The notes: generated by a model from the sequence alone, not told the origin. Shown: positions 10,063-21,259, counted from the stretch's first letter. The stretch: DNA of 64,000 bases from a bacterium (GCA_027483535.1 JAIXUN010000001.1:101432-165431); one strand, 5' to 3'. Numbers and translations are program-made.

Positions 10063-11214
10063 ATGCCATTTTTTAGAAAATTGCTCTTGGGCGTTCTGGG
10101 ATTAGTCGCTTGTTTGGGACCGTCGGGTTGTGGGTGCGGACCAAGTGGGCTCCCTTCCTCTACTCCAACGCGATTCCTTTACGGAATTGATCCATTCGGT
10201 TCTATCAGGATTTGGGGAATCAACCCAACGACCAAGAAAGCGACCGTTTCCAACACTCTCTCGGTGAACGGACCTTCTTCGACGAAGCCGATTGATCTCG
10301 CCTACCATGCTCCTTCGAAACGGCTGATTGTCTTGTACGAATCGGTTCGAACAAGCCCGCCTAACGTTACGGATCCCTCCTCTCCCGGTGTTGTGAGCTA
10401 CGAAGTGACTCTTGGTGGGAACCTCATCAATCCAATCGTTGGCCAAATCTTAGGTCTGCCGACCACGGCGCGGCCAGAGCCACAATCGATTGCGATAGTG
10501 GGTGATAAGGTTTACGTCGGCTTCGACGACGGTGCAGGAAGTTCCCCGGTTGGTATTGCCGAGATGGAGATCCAGCCATCAGGCGCCGTTGTTCAGTTGG
10601 GCACCGGGACAACATCCCTAACCGGGCTAGACCCCACATCCGTTTACGATATGGACGGATTCAACGGCCAGTTGATTTCGGCTCGGAGACCGAGTCAGAT
10701 CGACGTGCGGAATCCGGACTCTTCCGGCAGACTTGCGAATGGGTTCACGACCTCATTCATCGACGCTTTCACCCTGTCGGTGGATGATCCGAGAGCTCGC
10801 CTATTCGTTGGCGGCTTCAATGGTCGTTTGGGTTCTTACTCGATTTCTTCGACCGCTCTCACGACCATCAGTTCGGTTAATCCGGCTTTGTACACCTCTA
10901 GCATGGTGTTCTTGAAGATCCATCCTTCCGGCACCACGCTCTTTGTTGGCGGAGATTTTGTTCGGACGATTTCTTCTTTTGAAGTTGCGCCCGACGGGTC
11001 GATCGGCTCCGTTCGAAACACGGTTGACATTCCCTCGCTCACGGGAGCCGTTTTTGGTGTGGACTGCTCAGAAGATGGATCACTTCTCTTTGTTCTTAGC
11101 CAGGATAATTCACAGGTCTACCTTTACGATGCTTTGGCCGATGGATCGATAGGCGCTCTCACCGATACGGTTGCATCCGGCGGAGTGAATAAGATTCTTT
11201 ACGTCAATCCGTAG
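10063..11214 (+). CDS. Lipoprotein with beta-propeller (lactonase/YncE-like)
   Basis: Cys-containing signal peptide; repeated blade motifs (IHPSGTTLFV, SEDGSLLFV, LSVDDPRARLFV). Confidence 0.7.
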   Translation: MPFFRKLLLGVLGLVACLGPSGCGCGPSGLPSSTPTRFLYGIDPFGSIRIWGINPTTKKATVSNTLSVNGPSSTKPIDLAYHAPSKRLIVLYESVRTSPPNVTDPSSPGVVSYEVTLGGNLINPIVGQILGLPTTARPEPQSIAIVGDKVYVGFDDGAGSSPVGIAEMEIQPSGAVVQLGTGTTSLTGLDPTSVYDMDGFNGQLISARRPSQIDVRNPDSSGRLANGFTTSFIDAFTLSVDDPRARLFVGGFNGRLGSYSISSTALTTISSVNPALYTSSMVFLKIHPSGTTLFVGGDFVRTISSFEVAPDGSIGSVRNTVDIPSLTGAVFGVDCSEDGSLLFVLSQDNSQVYLYDALADGSIGALTDTVASGGVNKILYVNP

Positions 11215-11239
11215 CCATTAGAAGCTGTTTCAAAGGCAT

Positions 11240-11254
11240 TGGCACGATTCTTGC
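11240..11254 (+). promoter_or_regulatory. Sigma54 (-24/-12) promoter
   Basis: TGGCACGATTCTTGC matches TGGCAC-N5-TTGC with GG-N10-GC spacing; ATG 16 nt after the -12 C. Confidence 0.75.
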
Positions 11255-11269
11255 GGGCAAGGGTCTTTG

Positions 11270-11956
11270 ATGAAAACTCTGGTTTCATTCAATACCCTCT
11301 CGCGAGTTGCCGTAGTCGGCGGCGTGCTTGCGGCAGGTTCTCAGGCAATGGCTATCGATCTCCAGTTTTTGGGATCGGGTCAAGGCCGAACTCTCGCCAT
11401 CTCGACCAACTCAGGCGGTAGCTTCAAGAACGTGTTCGGCGGTGAACTTCAAATGAAGGAAGTCGCATCGAATCTCTCGTTCCTGGGCTTCTGCTCCGAC
11501 CCGGTCACGACCATGTCTAGCAGCGCATATGGCACCAGCTTTGGCGGTTCCGATCTCTTGGGTTCCAAGGGACTTCGGGCCGGCTACTTGGTGAACAAGT
11601 ATGCGCCTTCGATCTTCTCCCTTCCGGCTGGCAACGCCCGAAAGGATCAAGCTTTCGCCCTTCAGGTGGCAGTTTGGGAGATCTTGCTCGACAACTCGCC
11701 CAACGACATCACCAACGGAACCTTCCGGGCAAAGGACGAGAGCGGCAACGCTCTTAGCTCTGGCCTGACTTCGCTGATCAACGGCTACCTTTCCGACAAC
11801 GGTAGCGGTGTTGCGAAGTATTACCAATCGAATCTCGGTTCGAACGGTAAGCCTCTCAGCCAGGGCGTTCTCGCTCCGGTTCCAGAGCCTGCAACCATGC
11901 TTGCTCTCGGCGCAGGTCTCGCTGCGTTCGCTCGCAAGCGACGCAACAAGAAGTAA
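11270..11956 (+). CDS. PEP-CTERM protein (thioester/Cys-Gln-bond-like fold possible), paralog A
   Basis: Signal peptide ..QAMA; VPEPATMLALGAGLAAFARKRRNKK tail. Confidence 0.92.
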   Translation: MKTLVSFNTLSRVAVVGGVLAAGSQAMAIDLQFLGSGQGRTLAISTNSGGSFKNVFGGELQMKEVASNLSFLGFCSDPVTTMSSSAYGTSFGGSDLLGSKGLRAGYLVNKYAPSIFSLPAGNARKDQAFALQVAVWEILLDNSPNDITNGTFRAKDESGNALSSGLTSLINGYLSDNGSGVAKYYQSNLGSNGKPLSQGVLAPVPEPATMLALGAGLAAFARKRRNKK

Positions 11957-11989
11957 CTCTCCGGAGTGACTAGCCTTACGGATTGAGGC

Positions 11990-12029
11990 AAAAAAGGAGC
12001 CCTCCTGCATTTGCAGGGGGGCTTTTTTT
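11990..12029 (+). terminator. Intrinsic terminator
   Basis: GCCCTCCTGC-ATTT-GCAGGGGGGC followed by T7. Confidence 0.85.
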
Positions 12030-12056
12030 GGGTGTTTTGGCCCGCTGGAGGCCTTC

Positions 12057-12071
12057 TGGCACGAAACCCGC
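12057..12071 (+). promoter_or_regulatory. Sigma54 (-24/-12) promoter
   Basis: TGGCACGAAACCCGC, GG-N10-GC; ATG 15 nt after the -12 C, mirroring the paralog. Confidence 0.65.
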
Positions 12072-12085
12072 TTCTTAGGGTTTTC

Positions 12086-12772
12086 ATGCTTTCACTTGAC
12101 CGAAACATCACTACTCGCCTAGCCATCTCCCTTGGAGCGGTTGTGCTTGGCGCACAAGCAATGGCTATCGATCTCCAGTTCCTGGGCACGGGCGAAGGAC
12201 GCAACATCAGCATCTCGACAAACTCCGGTTCCAACTTCTCGACCGTCTTCGGTGGAGAACTCAAGATGAAAGAAGTCAGCCCGACGCTGAACTTCACCGC
12301 ATTCTGCGCCGATCCGAAAACGGGAATGGTCTCTGGCCCGTTCGGCACCAGCGAGCTGGATTCGAACGTTCTCGGTTCCCGGGGTCTCCGAGCGGGTTAC
12401 TTGATCAACAAGTACGCCCCGAGCATTTTCAACCTTCCCGTTGGCAACGAGCGCAAAGATAAAGCGGTCGCGCTTCAGGTTGCACTTTGGGAAGTCCTCG
12501 TAGACGGTTCTTCCAGCCCAAACATCACGGGTGGAACGTTCCGAGCCCGCAACACCGATGGCTCCGCACTCAGCGGCTCGGTTTCGTCGCTCGTCCACAC
12601 TTATCTTAGCGACAACGGCAGCGACATCGCTCGATACTACAAGTCCGACGTGGACAGCAAGGGTAAGCCGATCAGCCAAGCCGTCATCACTCCTGTGCCA
12701 GAGCCGGGAACGATGCTCGCCCTGGGTGCAGGAATCGCCGCTTTTGCTCGAAAGCGACGCAACAAGAAGTAA
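12086..12772 (+). CDS. PEP-CTERM protein, paralog B (tandem duplicate)
   Basis: Shares QAMAIDLQFLG, VFGGEL.MKEV, LRAGYL.NKYAPSIF.LP, ALQVA.WE, GTFRA, YLSDNGS and the tail with paralog A; ORF track starts at 12011. Confidence 0.92.
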   Translation: MLSLDRNITTRLAISLGAVVLGAQAMAIDLQFLGTGEGRNISISTNSGSNFSTVFGGELKMKEVSPTLNFTAFCADPKTGMVSGPFGTSELDSNVLGSRGLRAGYLINKYAPSIFNLPVGNERKDKAVALQVALWEVLVDGSSSPNITGGTFRARNTDGSALSGSVSSLVHTYLSDNGSDIARYYKSDVDSKGKPISQAVITPVPEPGTMLALGAGIAAFARKRRNKK

Positions 12773-12796
12773 AGAGCAATCCTGTTGACTCAAAAC

Positions 12797-12833
12797 AAAG
12801 AAGCCCCGATCCAACTTGGATCGGGGCTTCTTT
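12797..12833. terminator. Bidirectional terminator between convergent genes
   Basis: AAAGAAGCCCCGATCCAA-C-TTGGATCGGGGCTTCTTT perfect 18-bp inverted repeat. Confidence 0.85.
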
Positions 12834-12852
12834 AAGCTGTTAGTTACCTAAC

Positions 12853-13722
12853 TTACGGGTTGAAGATCGGAGTCCAGCCCTTCACGCGAACGTTGTTTCC
12901 ACCGTTCGTCGAAGGCGGCCAGCTAAGGAGCGGGTTGCCGTTGCTGCTCACGCTGCATTCGCCTTGCGGTCCCCAGGTGGTCTTGCGCCACTTGGCGTGA
13001 CCGTCCAGGTAGGCAATCGTGGTTCCACCCGCGTGACCACCCCGAGTTGCATCGGCGTTATCAGCGTCGGGGAAGTTCGTGCAGTTCAGGGTTCGGCTGT
13101 ACAGTTCGTCCAGTTCGTCGCCCTCGATCTCACTGTCGGTTGCCTCCAGTAGGAAGAAGGACTCTGCCGGAGCTTCCCAAGCGGTCATGCTTCCTGCACC
13201 GGTTCCCTGCCAGTCACCAATGTGCTCGTTGAAGCCGTATGTGGTGAAGTACCGGATGCTGTCGCAAGTTGCACCGGAACCGTTTGCGCATTGGAGACCC
13301 CAAGATTGTGCGGGTTGCGGCCAAACGCACTGAGCGCGCGCACCGCTTAGCTCTTGCGGATTGGACTCAGGAGCGTTCGGGTTCCAGTAGAAACCGCCTC
13401 GCGACTTCTGAATGGTTTGCGGCTGTTGCTTGCAGTAAGGTTGCAGCAAGAACGGCCAGTAGTAGTTGCCCCAGCGATCGATTTGGCCCGATCCCGTGTT
13501 TCCGGACGGACAGTTGTTGATCAACGGGTCGACCATCAGTTGGTCGTCGTTGTCGGCTGCGTAGAGCATCGCGGCGGTACCGAGCTGCTTCAGGTTGCTC
13601 AGATTCTCCGTTTGCTTTGCGGCCGCCTTAGCCTGGGCGAAAACCGGGAAAAGAATCGCTGCGAGGATCGCGATAATTGCGATCACGACGAGCAATTCAA
13701 TAAGAGTAAATGCTTTTTTCAT
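12853..13722 (-). CDS. Prepilin-type N-terminal cleavage/methylation domain protein with H-X9-DG motif
   Basis: [33 protein letters not shown]-terminus; C-terminal [17 protein letters not shown]. Confidence 0.93.
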   Translation of the reverse strand: MKKAFTLIELLVVIAIIAILAAILFPVFAQAKAAAKQTENLSNLKQLGTAAMLYAADNDDQLMVDPLINNCPSGNTGSGQIDRWGNYYWPFLLQPYCKQQPQTIQKSRGGFYWNPNAPESNPQELSGARAQCVWPQPAQSWGLQCANGSGATCDSIRYFTTYGFNEHIGDWQGTGAGSMTAWEAPAESFFLLEATDSEIEGDELDELYSRTLNCTNFPDADNADATRGGHAGGTTIAYLDGHAKWRKTTWGPQGECSVSSNGNPLLSWPPSTNGGNNVRVKGWTPIFNP

Positions 13723-13777
13723 CAATGCACCAGGGGCGACCGAGTCACCCTCCCCGCGCATAATGGTGAAAGCCAAT

Positions 13778-13817
13778 TGTTAAGAGATCGTAAAAGAACC
13801 GTTAAAGAAATGTTAAG
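13778..13817 (-). promoter_or_regulatory. Four direct repeats with 11-bp period (PhoB/OmpR-type box candidate)
   Basis: Plus-strand TGTTAAG, CGTAAAA, CGTTAAA, TGTTAAG start at 13778, 13789, 13800, 13811; about 55 bp upstream of the pilin-like start codon. Confidence 0.6.
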
Positions 13818-13848
13818 AAAGCCTCCCCGTGAATCTGGGGAGGCTTTC
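13817..13848 (-). terminator. Intrinsic terminator after S9 peptidase
   Basis: GAAAGCCTCCCC / GGGGAGGCTTTC 12-bp stem; T-rich tail on minus strand. Confidence 0.7.
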
Positions 13849-13875
13849 GGTGGCTTCTGTCTTTGGTCGTTCTGA

Positions 13876-16836
13876 TCAGTTCCCGGGCTTGCCGGTAGAG
13901 AGACCCATGTTCGCTCCCTTCTCGACAGCCGGAATTCCCTTCTCCATCCATAGCGGCATCGGAATGCCCTTGAGATAGTGATCGAAGAACTGGCTGAGAC
14001 GGATGCTGAAGTCCTTGCGGTTGCGCCGCTCGACCAGGTTGTGGGCTTCCCCGTTGTAGTTGAGCATCCAGCAGGCCTTCTCCAGACGCCGCATGGCGGT
14101 AAAGAACTCGATGCCTTGCTGCCAGGGCACCGCGCCATCCTTATCGTTCGCCATGATGAGCAGCGGAGTCTTGATCTTGTCCGCGTGGATGAGCGGAGAG
14201 TTCTCTAGATAGCGAAGCGGATACTCCCAAATGGAGCCTCCGATTCGCGACTGACCGCCTTCGTACTGACCCTCTCGGACCACACCCGACTCGCCTCGGA
14301 TTCCGCCGTAGGCGCTGAGCATGTTAGAGACCGGAGCACCTGCGCAGCCCGCTGCGAACATGTCCGTCTCGGTGACCAAGTAGCCCACTTGGTATCCACC
14401 CCAGCTCTGACCCTGAATGCCTACGCGCTTCTCATCGACAAAGCCCTTGCGGAGCACTTCGTGAGTGGCAGGCAGAATGCAGTTGACCGCAGACTCGCCT
14501 GGATAGCCCGTTTTGTACTTGATGTCGGTGACCAGCACGATGTAGCCGTTGCTCACGAAGAGCGGGATGTTGATGGTCGAAGCGCTTGGCGCGGGCGATC
14601 GGTGAAGGTGCAGACCCTCCGAGTCTCGCTCGTAGAAGTAAACGATCATCGGATACTTCTTGGACGCGTCGAAGTTGTTGGGCTTGTAGAGAAGACCTCG
14701 GAGCGGATCACCGTCGTTCGACAGGTAGTCCACGTGCTCCACGGTTGGCCAAACGTAGTCTTTGATCTGCGGATTGGCGTCGGTGATCTTGGCTCGGTTT
14801 TCGAACTTGATGTTGTCTGCCACCCAAAGGTCGGGGAATTCCTCAACGCTTTGCCGAGCGTAAACGATGGTATCGGCTTCCTTGGCTTTGGTGACCGTGT
14901 TCGACGCTTGTCCTCGGAGACCCGCGACCGATCCGAACGACTTCGACTCGAACAGAATCGGTTTCGGCTTGGAGCCGATCTCGTCCAGAGAAGCGAAACC
15001 GCTATCCAGGGTTCGAGTATCCACCGCGCTTAGGAAGAGCGGTTTGGAGAGGTCGACATAGTCAGCATCGCGGTCTAGAGGCACGATGCGGTAGCGCATC
15101 TTGAGGGTTCGACCCCAGCCGTTGGTGAGGTTCTTCGGAGCGGTCTTGCCCGCGATGTCGACATGCCAGATGTCGAACGCGTCGTAAACGAGCACTCCGC
15201 CATCTTTCGTGAAGCCACCAAAGCCGATGAGTCCGGCCGGAGAGGGAACGTCGTTGAGCTCATCCCAGATCGGGGGCAGATCCTTGTTAAGAACCTTTTT
15301 GTCCAGCGATTTGAGATCGTACGAAACGAGTTGCTTGCTCTCTTCCTCGTAACCAATGGCGAACTTGCCATCGGGAGTTTGCGAGAGACCCGCTTCGGTC
15401 TTCTTCACCAGCGGACGCTGCTCGCCGGATCGGAGATCCTTGACGTAGTAGTCTGCGAAAGATTGACCCCAACTGGAGCCTTTTCGATACTTCTGGTTGT
15501 CTGAAACGAGACCGTAGGGGTGATCGAACTTGTTGGATACCGAAGCGTTTTGGAACTCCGGCGACTCTAGTTGGACCTTCTTGTTCGATCCCAGATCGAC
15601 GAGGATTTCGTAGGATCGATTCTTCTCAATAGCAACCTGGTTGAGCTGTTGCGACTGCAGAATGCCGTCTTGCCAGTGCCACACGTCCAGCGCGACCGCC
15701 TCATCCGGGTTGACCTCGGGAGGGGTTTGCGGCTTCGGAGCGACCGCGAATCGCAGTCGCTTTCCAGACTCACTGAAGCTAAGCGCTCCCGAAGAGATCA
15801 CGAAGTCTTTAGGCAGGTCCGCATCACCGACCTTGGCGATTTGCTTGAGTCGGTTGGGCCCCACTTCGAATCGGTAAAGGGACAGGTTGGGAGTCTTTGC
15901 CGCGTAGTCGTCCTTATCGGTAAGGAACGCCAGTTGCTTTCCGTCATCGCTGAGCGTCATGCGCGGATAGCGACCTAGTTGCTTGACGACGTCTACGTTT
16001 TGACCCGTGGCGAGGGTGTGCACAAAAATGCCGTCTCCCTTGCCATCCTTGTCGCTGATTGCCACCGCAAGAACTTCTCCGGTCTTGTTGAAGCTTGCCG
16101 AGGTGACGTTCTCGAGCTTGGTTTCCTTGGCGTCGGAGAGTCGGCGCAAGACGTAGAGGTCACCCGCTCGGTGATCGCTTTTCTTCTTGACTTCGTCCTT
16201 CTTTGGCTCTTCTTTCTTCTCTTGACCCTCACCCGCAGGCTTGATCTCGGTTGCCTTTACTTCAGCTGGTTTCTCTGAAGCGGGCTTTTCGGTCGCAGGA
16301 GTTGGGGCAGCAGGCCGGGCCGCGGGGGCGGGTTCGGGGCGATAAAGCAAGAAGCCTTTGTCTTCTTCGGCGAGTTGCCAAGAGGTCACCTTTGGAACCA
16401 CCGTCTCTTTGCCCGATTCTAGATCGACAATGAGCAGGGCGTTCTTGGGTTGGTCTTCCGGCTTGGCCTTATCCTTACGCGCTTTCTTATAGTCTTCCCA
16501 CTTCGGAAGAACCGTTGCGACAAGGAACTTGGAGTCTCCGGAGAACGAGACGCGCGGAGTGGTTGGTGAACCCGCCGGAAGGGTTAGGCTTTGCCCAACC
16601 GGGAAGGCGTACTTCTTTTTGGTCTTTGTGTTTTGAACTTCCAACACCATGTCTCCCTCTTGAGGAGCGATGGCGTAGGCAACCCACTGACCGTTGTTAG
16701 AAAGAGTGGTGCCTCGAATCGACTTCCAACCGTCGTACACCGAGTGGTCGAGAACTTTCTTGCCGCCGGGCGTTTGCACACCCATCACAAGAACGAGAGC
16801 CATTAAGGCAGATGATTTCATGGCGATAAACCGCAT
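13876..16836 (-). CDS. S9 family (prolyl oligopeptidase/dipeptidyl aminopeptidase-like) peptidase
   Basis: Beta-propeller N-region; GQSWGGY nucleophile motif, NDKDGAV (Asp), GEAHNL (His). Confidence 0.93.
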   Translation of the reverse strand: MRFIAMKSSALMALVLVMGVQTPGGKKVLDHSVYDGWKSIRGTTLSNNGQWVAYAIAPQEGDMVLEVQNTKTKKKYAFPVGQSLTLPAGSPTTPRVSFSGDSKFLVATVLPKWEDYKKARKDKAKPEDQPKNALLIVDLESGKETVVPKVTSWQLAEEDKGFLLYRPEPAPAARPAAPTPATEKPASEKPAEVKATEIKPAGEGQEKKEEPKKDEVKKKSDHRAGDLYVLRRLSDAKETKLENVTSASFNKTGEVLAVAISDKDGKGDGIFVHTLATGQNVDVVKQLGRYPRMTLSDDGKQLAFLTDKDDYAAKTPNLSLYRFEVGPNRLKQIAKVGDADLPKDFVISSGALSFSESGKRLRFAVAPKPQTPPEVNPDEAVALDVWHWQDGILQSQQLNQVAIEKNRSYEILVDLGSNKKVQLESPEFQNASVSNKFDHPYGLVSDNQKYRKGSSWGQSFADYYVKDLRSGEQRPLVKKTEAGLSQTPDGKFAIGYEEESKQLVSYDLKSLDKKVLNKDLPPIWDELNDVPSPAGLIGFGGFTKDGGVLVYDAFDIWHVDIAGKTAPKNLTNGWGRTLKMRYRIVPLDRDADYVDLSKPLFLSAVDTRTLDSGFASLDEIGSKPKPILFESKSFGSVAGLRGQASNTVTKAKEADTIVYARQSVEEFPDLWVADNIKFENRAKITDANPQIKDYVWPTVEHVDYLSNDGDPLRGLLYKPNNFDASKKYPMIVYFYERDSEGLHLHRSPAPSASTINIPLFVSNGYIVLVTDIKYKTGYPGESAVNCILPATHEVLRKGFVDEKRVGIQGQSWGGYQVGYLVTETDMFAAGCAGAPVSNMLSAYGGIRGESGVVREGQYEGGQSRIGGSIWEYPLRYLENSPLIHADKIKTPLLIMANDKDGAVPWQQGIEFFTAMRRLEKACWMLNYNGEAHNLVERRNRKDFSIRLSQFFDHYLKGIPMPLWMEKGIPAVEKGANMGLSTGKPGN

Positions 16837-16891
16837 TTTCCCCGATTTCCCGCTTTAAGAGTTCAGGGAAAATGCGATTCACCGTTGGGAG

Positions 16892-18169
16892 TTAGCCTCT
16901 TCCCTTTCCGAGATAGAGTTCCACCGGGTTTTCGAACTCGAGTTTGAGCACCGTGGCGTTTGGATTTGCCTTCACTTGTGCCACATCTATCCATAGGATT
17001 CCGGGCGTTTCGCCCAGTCCTCCGATCATGGTATACGAGAGTTCCTCGCCATTAAGGACGCTGACTCGGGTGGGTTTGGCGCGGAGTCCTTTGACCGCGA
17101 CCTGATCGACAGGCATATCGAAGACGAACAGATAGAGATTCTTTTTGTCTTTGGAGAAGGTGGATGCTCCGTAGAAGAGCCCAGGGGGCAGACCCGCGAC
17201 CGTACCGTAGATGGCCTCTGCGTTTGGCTTGATCCAATCGCCGAGTTTTTCTAATCGGTCGATTTGCTCTGGCTGAAGGGACCCGTCTTCGTAAGGACCG
17301 ACATCGAGCAGCATGTTTCCGCCCATTCCGATGGTCTCGGCGAACATTCGCACGATTTGCCGGACGGACTTGTGGTTGTTATCCTGCGTCTGATAACCCC
17401 AGCTATCGTTGATGGTGACGCAGAACTCCCAGGGACCTTCTGGCGGGACGATAGGGATTCCTTGTTCGGGCGTGGCGTAGTCGCCGTGATCCAGTAGTCG
17501 GGAGTTGAAGATCGCGTTCGGCTGCCAGTCGGTGAGCTGATCGCGCAGTCCTTTCATGTCGAACTGCTCCGGGTCTCGCTCCCATTCGCCATCGAACCAG
17601 TAGATATCGACGTCTCCGAACTGAGTCGAAAGCTCTTCGAGCTGCGCTCGGTGGAATTGGATGAATCGCTTCCACGCCTCGGGATTCTCCGTGCCCGGTT
17701 CTGGGTAGGCGAACCGGTTCTTGTAACGATCGGTACCGGGTTGCTCGACGCTGTGCCGACTGGGATAGACGGTTGCGTAATCCGGATGAGACCAATCGAG
17801 GTGGGAGTAGTAGAAGCCCACTTTAAGGTCATGCTTCCGAAGGGCGTTGACGTAGGGGGTGATGAGGTCTCTGCCCGCAGGGGTTTTCTTCACCACGCTC
17901 AGATCATTCGCCTGGGTGTCCCACAGAGCGACACCGTCATGGTGCTTCGTAGTGAGCACGGCGTACTTGGCGCCGGATCGGGCGAAGAGGTCGGCCCATT
18001 CCTCGGGGTTGTACTTACACGCGGTGAAGCCGTCGAGCTGCTTCATGTAGTCGTCGTAACTGATCTGGCCGTTGAAGAACGACCACGATTCGGAAATTCC
18101 GTTGACGGCGTAGATTCCGTAGTGAATGAAGATGCCAAGTTTGGCGTCGGGAAACCAGGGTTGCATCAT
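16892..18169 (-). CDS. Alpha-L-fucosidase (GH29)
   Basis: WFPDAKLGIFIHYG, VLTTKHHDG, YWFDGEW, WEFCVTINDSWGY, GGNMLLDVGP. Confidence 0.93.
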   Translation of the reverse strand: MMQPWFPDAKLGIFIHYGIYAVNGISESWSFFNGQISYDDYMKQLDGFTACKYNPEEWADLFARSGAKYAVLTTKHHDGVALWDTQANDLSVVKKTPAGRDLITPYVNALRKHDLKVGFYYSHLDWSHPDYATVYPSRHSVEQPGTDRYKNRFAYPEPGTENPEAWKRFIQFHRAQLEELSTQFGDVDIYWFDGEWERDPEQFDMKGLRDQLTDWQPNAIFNSRLLDHGDYATPEQGIPIVPPEGPWEFCVTINDSWGYQTQDNNHKSVRQIVRMFAETIGMGGNMLLDVGPYEDGSLQPEQIDRLEKLGDWIKPNAEAIYGTVAGLPPGLFYGASTFSKDKKNLYLFVFDMPVDQVAVKGLRAKPTRVSVLNGEELSYTMIGGLGETPGILWIDVAQVKANPNATVLKLEFENPVELYLGKGRG

Positions 18170-18275
18170 TGCGTTGTGACTCTCCGATCTTGAAGCTTAG
18201 GCGATACGGAACTGCTCAACACGTCCCGATTGCGCGAAATCTGCAACCGAAGAACGATTTTGCTAACATGGAACC

Positions 18276-18638
18276 ATGAACCGAGCGATACCCATTGTTG
18301 GTTGGGCGGTGATTCTTCTTTGGTTCATCTCGCTGGGTTTGGGGACCCTGTTGCATAAGGTGTCCTTACTCTGGATTGCGACCGTGCTCCTTTTATCTGT
18401 GGGCGGCGTTGCTTTGATGGCGATAGACAAGCGCCGAGCGCAAGAAAATCGACCCCGCATCTCCGAACGCACCCTGCTCACCTTGGGCGCGCTGGGGGGA
18501 TTCCCCGGTATCTGGTTCGGCATCGATGTCATTCGCCACAAAAGCAGCAAGCCGAGCTTTCTGTGGAAGTTTTTTGGACTCACGGCATTGCATCTCCACC
18601 TCTTCTGGGCAGTCGTATGGTTGACCGGTAAGCGCTAA
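18276..18638 (+). CDS. DUF1294 family membrane protein
   Basis: AIDKRRA...RISERTLL...GG..G......RHKSSK..F. Confidence 0.88.
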   Translation: MNRAIPIVGWAVILLWFISLGLGTLLHKVSLLWIATVLLLSVGGVALMAIDKRRAQENRPRISERTLLTLGALGGFPGIWFGIDVIRHKSSKPSFLWKFFGLTALHLHLFWAVVWLTGKR

Positions 18639-18699
18639 CTCGATAGTTCTTGAACATTCTTTGTAAGGATTCAGGTTTGCCATGAGAACAACTCTTTGA

Positions 18700-19194
18700 A
18701 TGAAGTTCAGGGAACGATCTAAGGTTGCAGACAAAGAGCGGTTTGAGACGCTTGTTGCTCGGCATTCGGGGATCGTTCAAAAGGTCGCGTTTGCTTACGC
18801 GTGGTCGGCTGATGACAGGGCCGATCTAGCGCAGGAAATTCGAATTCGGCTCTGGCAAGCGTTCCCTTCATACGATTCGCAACGGTCATTTTCGACTTGG
18901 ATGTACCGGGTGGCGCTGAACACTGCCCTCACCTACGTGCACCGCAAGCCCCAGGCGACTCTGGCGATCGACGAACAATCGGAAGTTGGAATCGCTGGCA
19001 ACGAGCAAACCGAAAGTCGATTCTTGATCGAATCGATCTTGAGAAGTCTGGACGCGCTTAATCGTGCGCTTTTGATTCTGCACCTGGAGGGCCTTTCCTA
19101 TGCCGAGATCGGCGAGACCTTAGGGCTGAGCGAATCGAACGTAGGTGCAAAGCTCTCGCGCTTGAGGGAGCGACTTCGAACCGATTTCCAATAA
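18700..19194 (+). CDS. ECF RNA polymerase sigma factor
   Basis: DLAQEI...W, FSTWMYRVALNT (region 2); EGLSYAEIGETLGLSESNVGAKLSR (region 4). Confidence 0.93.
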   Translation: MKFRERSKVADKERFETLVARHSGIVQKVAFAYAWSADDRADLAQEIRIRLWQAFPSYDSQRSFSTWMYRVALNTALTYVHRKPQATLAIDEQSEVGIAGNEQTESRFLIESILRSLDALNRALLILHLEGLSYAEIGETLGLSESNVGAKLSRLRERLRTDFQ

Positions 19195-19202
19195 CCGTAC
19201 CG

Positions 19203-19847
19203 GTGATAACTACTATGACTCTGGATCAGATGCAACAACAATGGCAACAGCTAGAAACGCGTGTGGAGGCATTGGAAACAAAGCCCGCGAGGAAACTCAA
19301 AAAGGTGAGTCTCTACTCCTCTCCCGCTTTCGACATTCTGTTCGGAATCCTAATCAATGCGTTCGCTGGAGAGTATCTCTTCCGAAATGTTGAGCTGATG
19401 AGAACCGCCCCGATGTCGTTGCTCCCGATGGCGCTTCTTCTTGCGACGGGTATCGGATTGATTGCCACCGCCGCACGTCAGTTCCACCTACTCAGCGGCT
19501 TTGGCTTGGCAAATAGTCCGTTGCAAAATTGGGAAGCTCTTACTGCAGTGAGAACGCTGCGAGTGAAGACTTTTGCCTGCCTGATGGCAGTTTGGGTCCC
19601 CTTCTGGTTTCTTGTTCCGGTCGCCTTGCTGCAATCACTTGGAGCACATTCGATTTTGGAGAAGTTGAACCCGGGGTGGATGATCGCCAACGTGTTTGTA
19701 GGCGCGGCGATGTATGCGCTATCGGCATGGGCGGCAAAGAAGTGGCTTCCGTCCTCGTCGATCACGACCTTGCTCACGGGTGCAGCCTTGAATCAAGCGA
19801 TTGAAGATGCAAAAGCAGTGAAGCGCTTTGCTACTGATCTCAGCTAA
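19203..19847 (+). CDS. Membrane protein, putative anti-sigma factor
   Basis: 8 bp after the ECF gene; short coiled N-terminus then about 4 TM helices. Confidence 0.6.
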   Translation: MITTMTLDQMQQQWQQLETRVEALETKPARKLKKVSLYSSPAFDILFGILINAFAGEYLFRNVELMRTAPMSLLPMALLLATGIGLIATAARQFHLLSGFGLANSPLQNWEALTAVRTLRVKTFACLMAVWVPFWFLVPVALLQSLGAHSILEKLNPGWMIANVFVGAAMYALSAWAAKKWLPSSSITTLLTGAALNQAIEDAKAVKRFATDLS

Positions 19848-19908
19848 TAAGTCATTGGATAACGGTCCTGATCACCCAGTGTGATCAGGACCGTTTTGTA
19901 GTGATGTC

Positions 19909-21243
<1,335 letters not shown>

Positions 21244-21259
21244 CTATTATGAAGCTATG

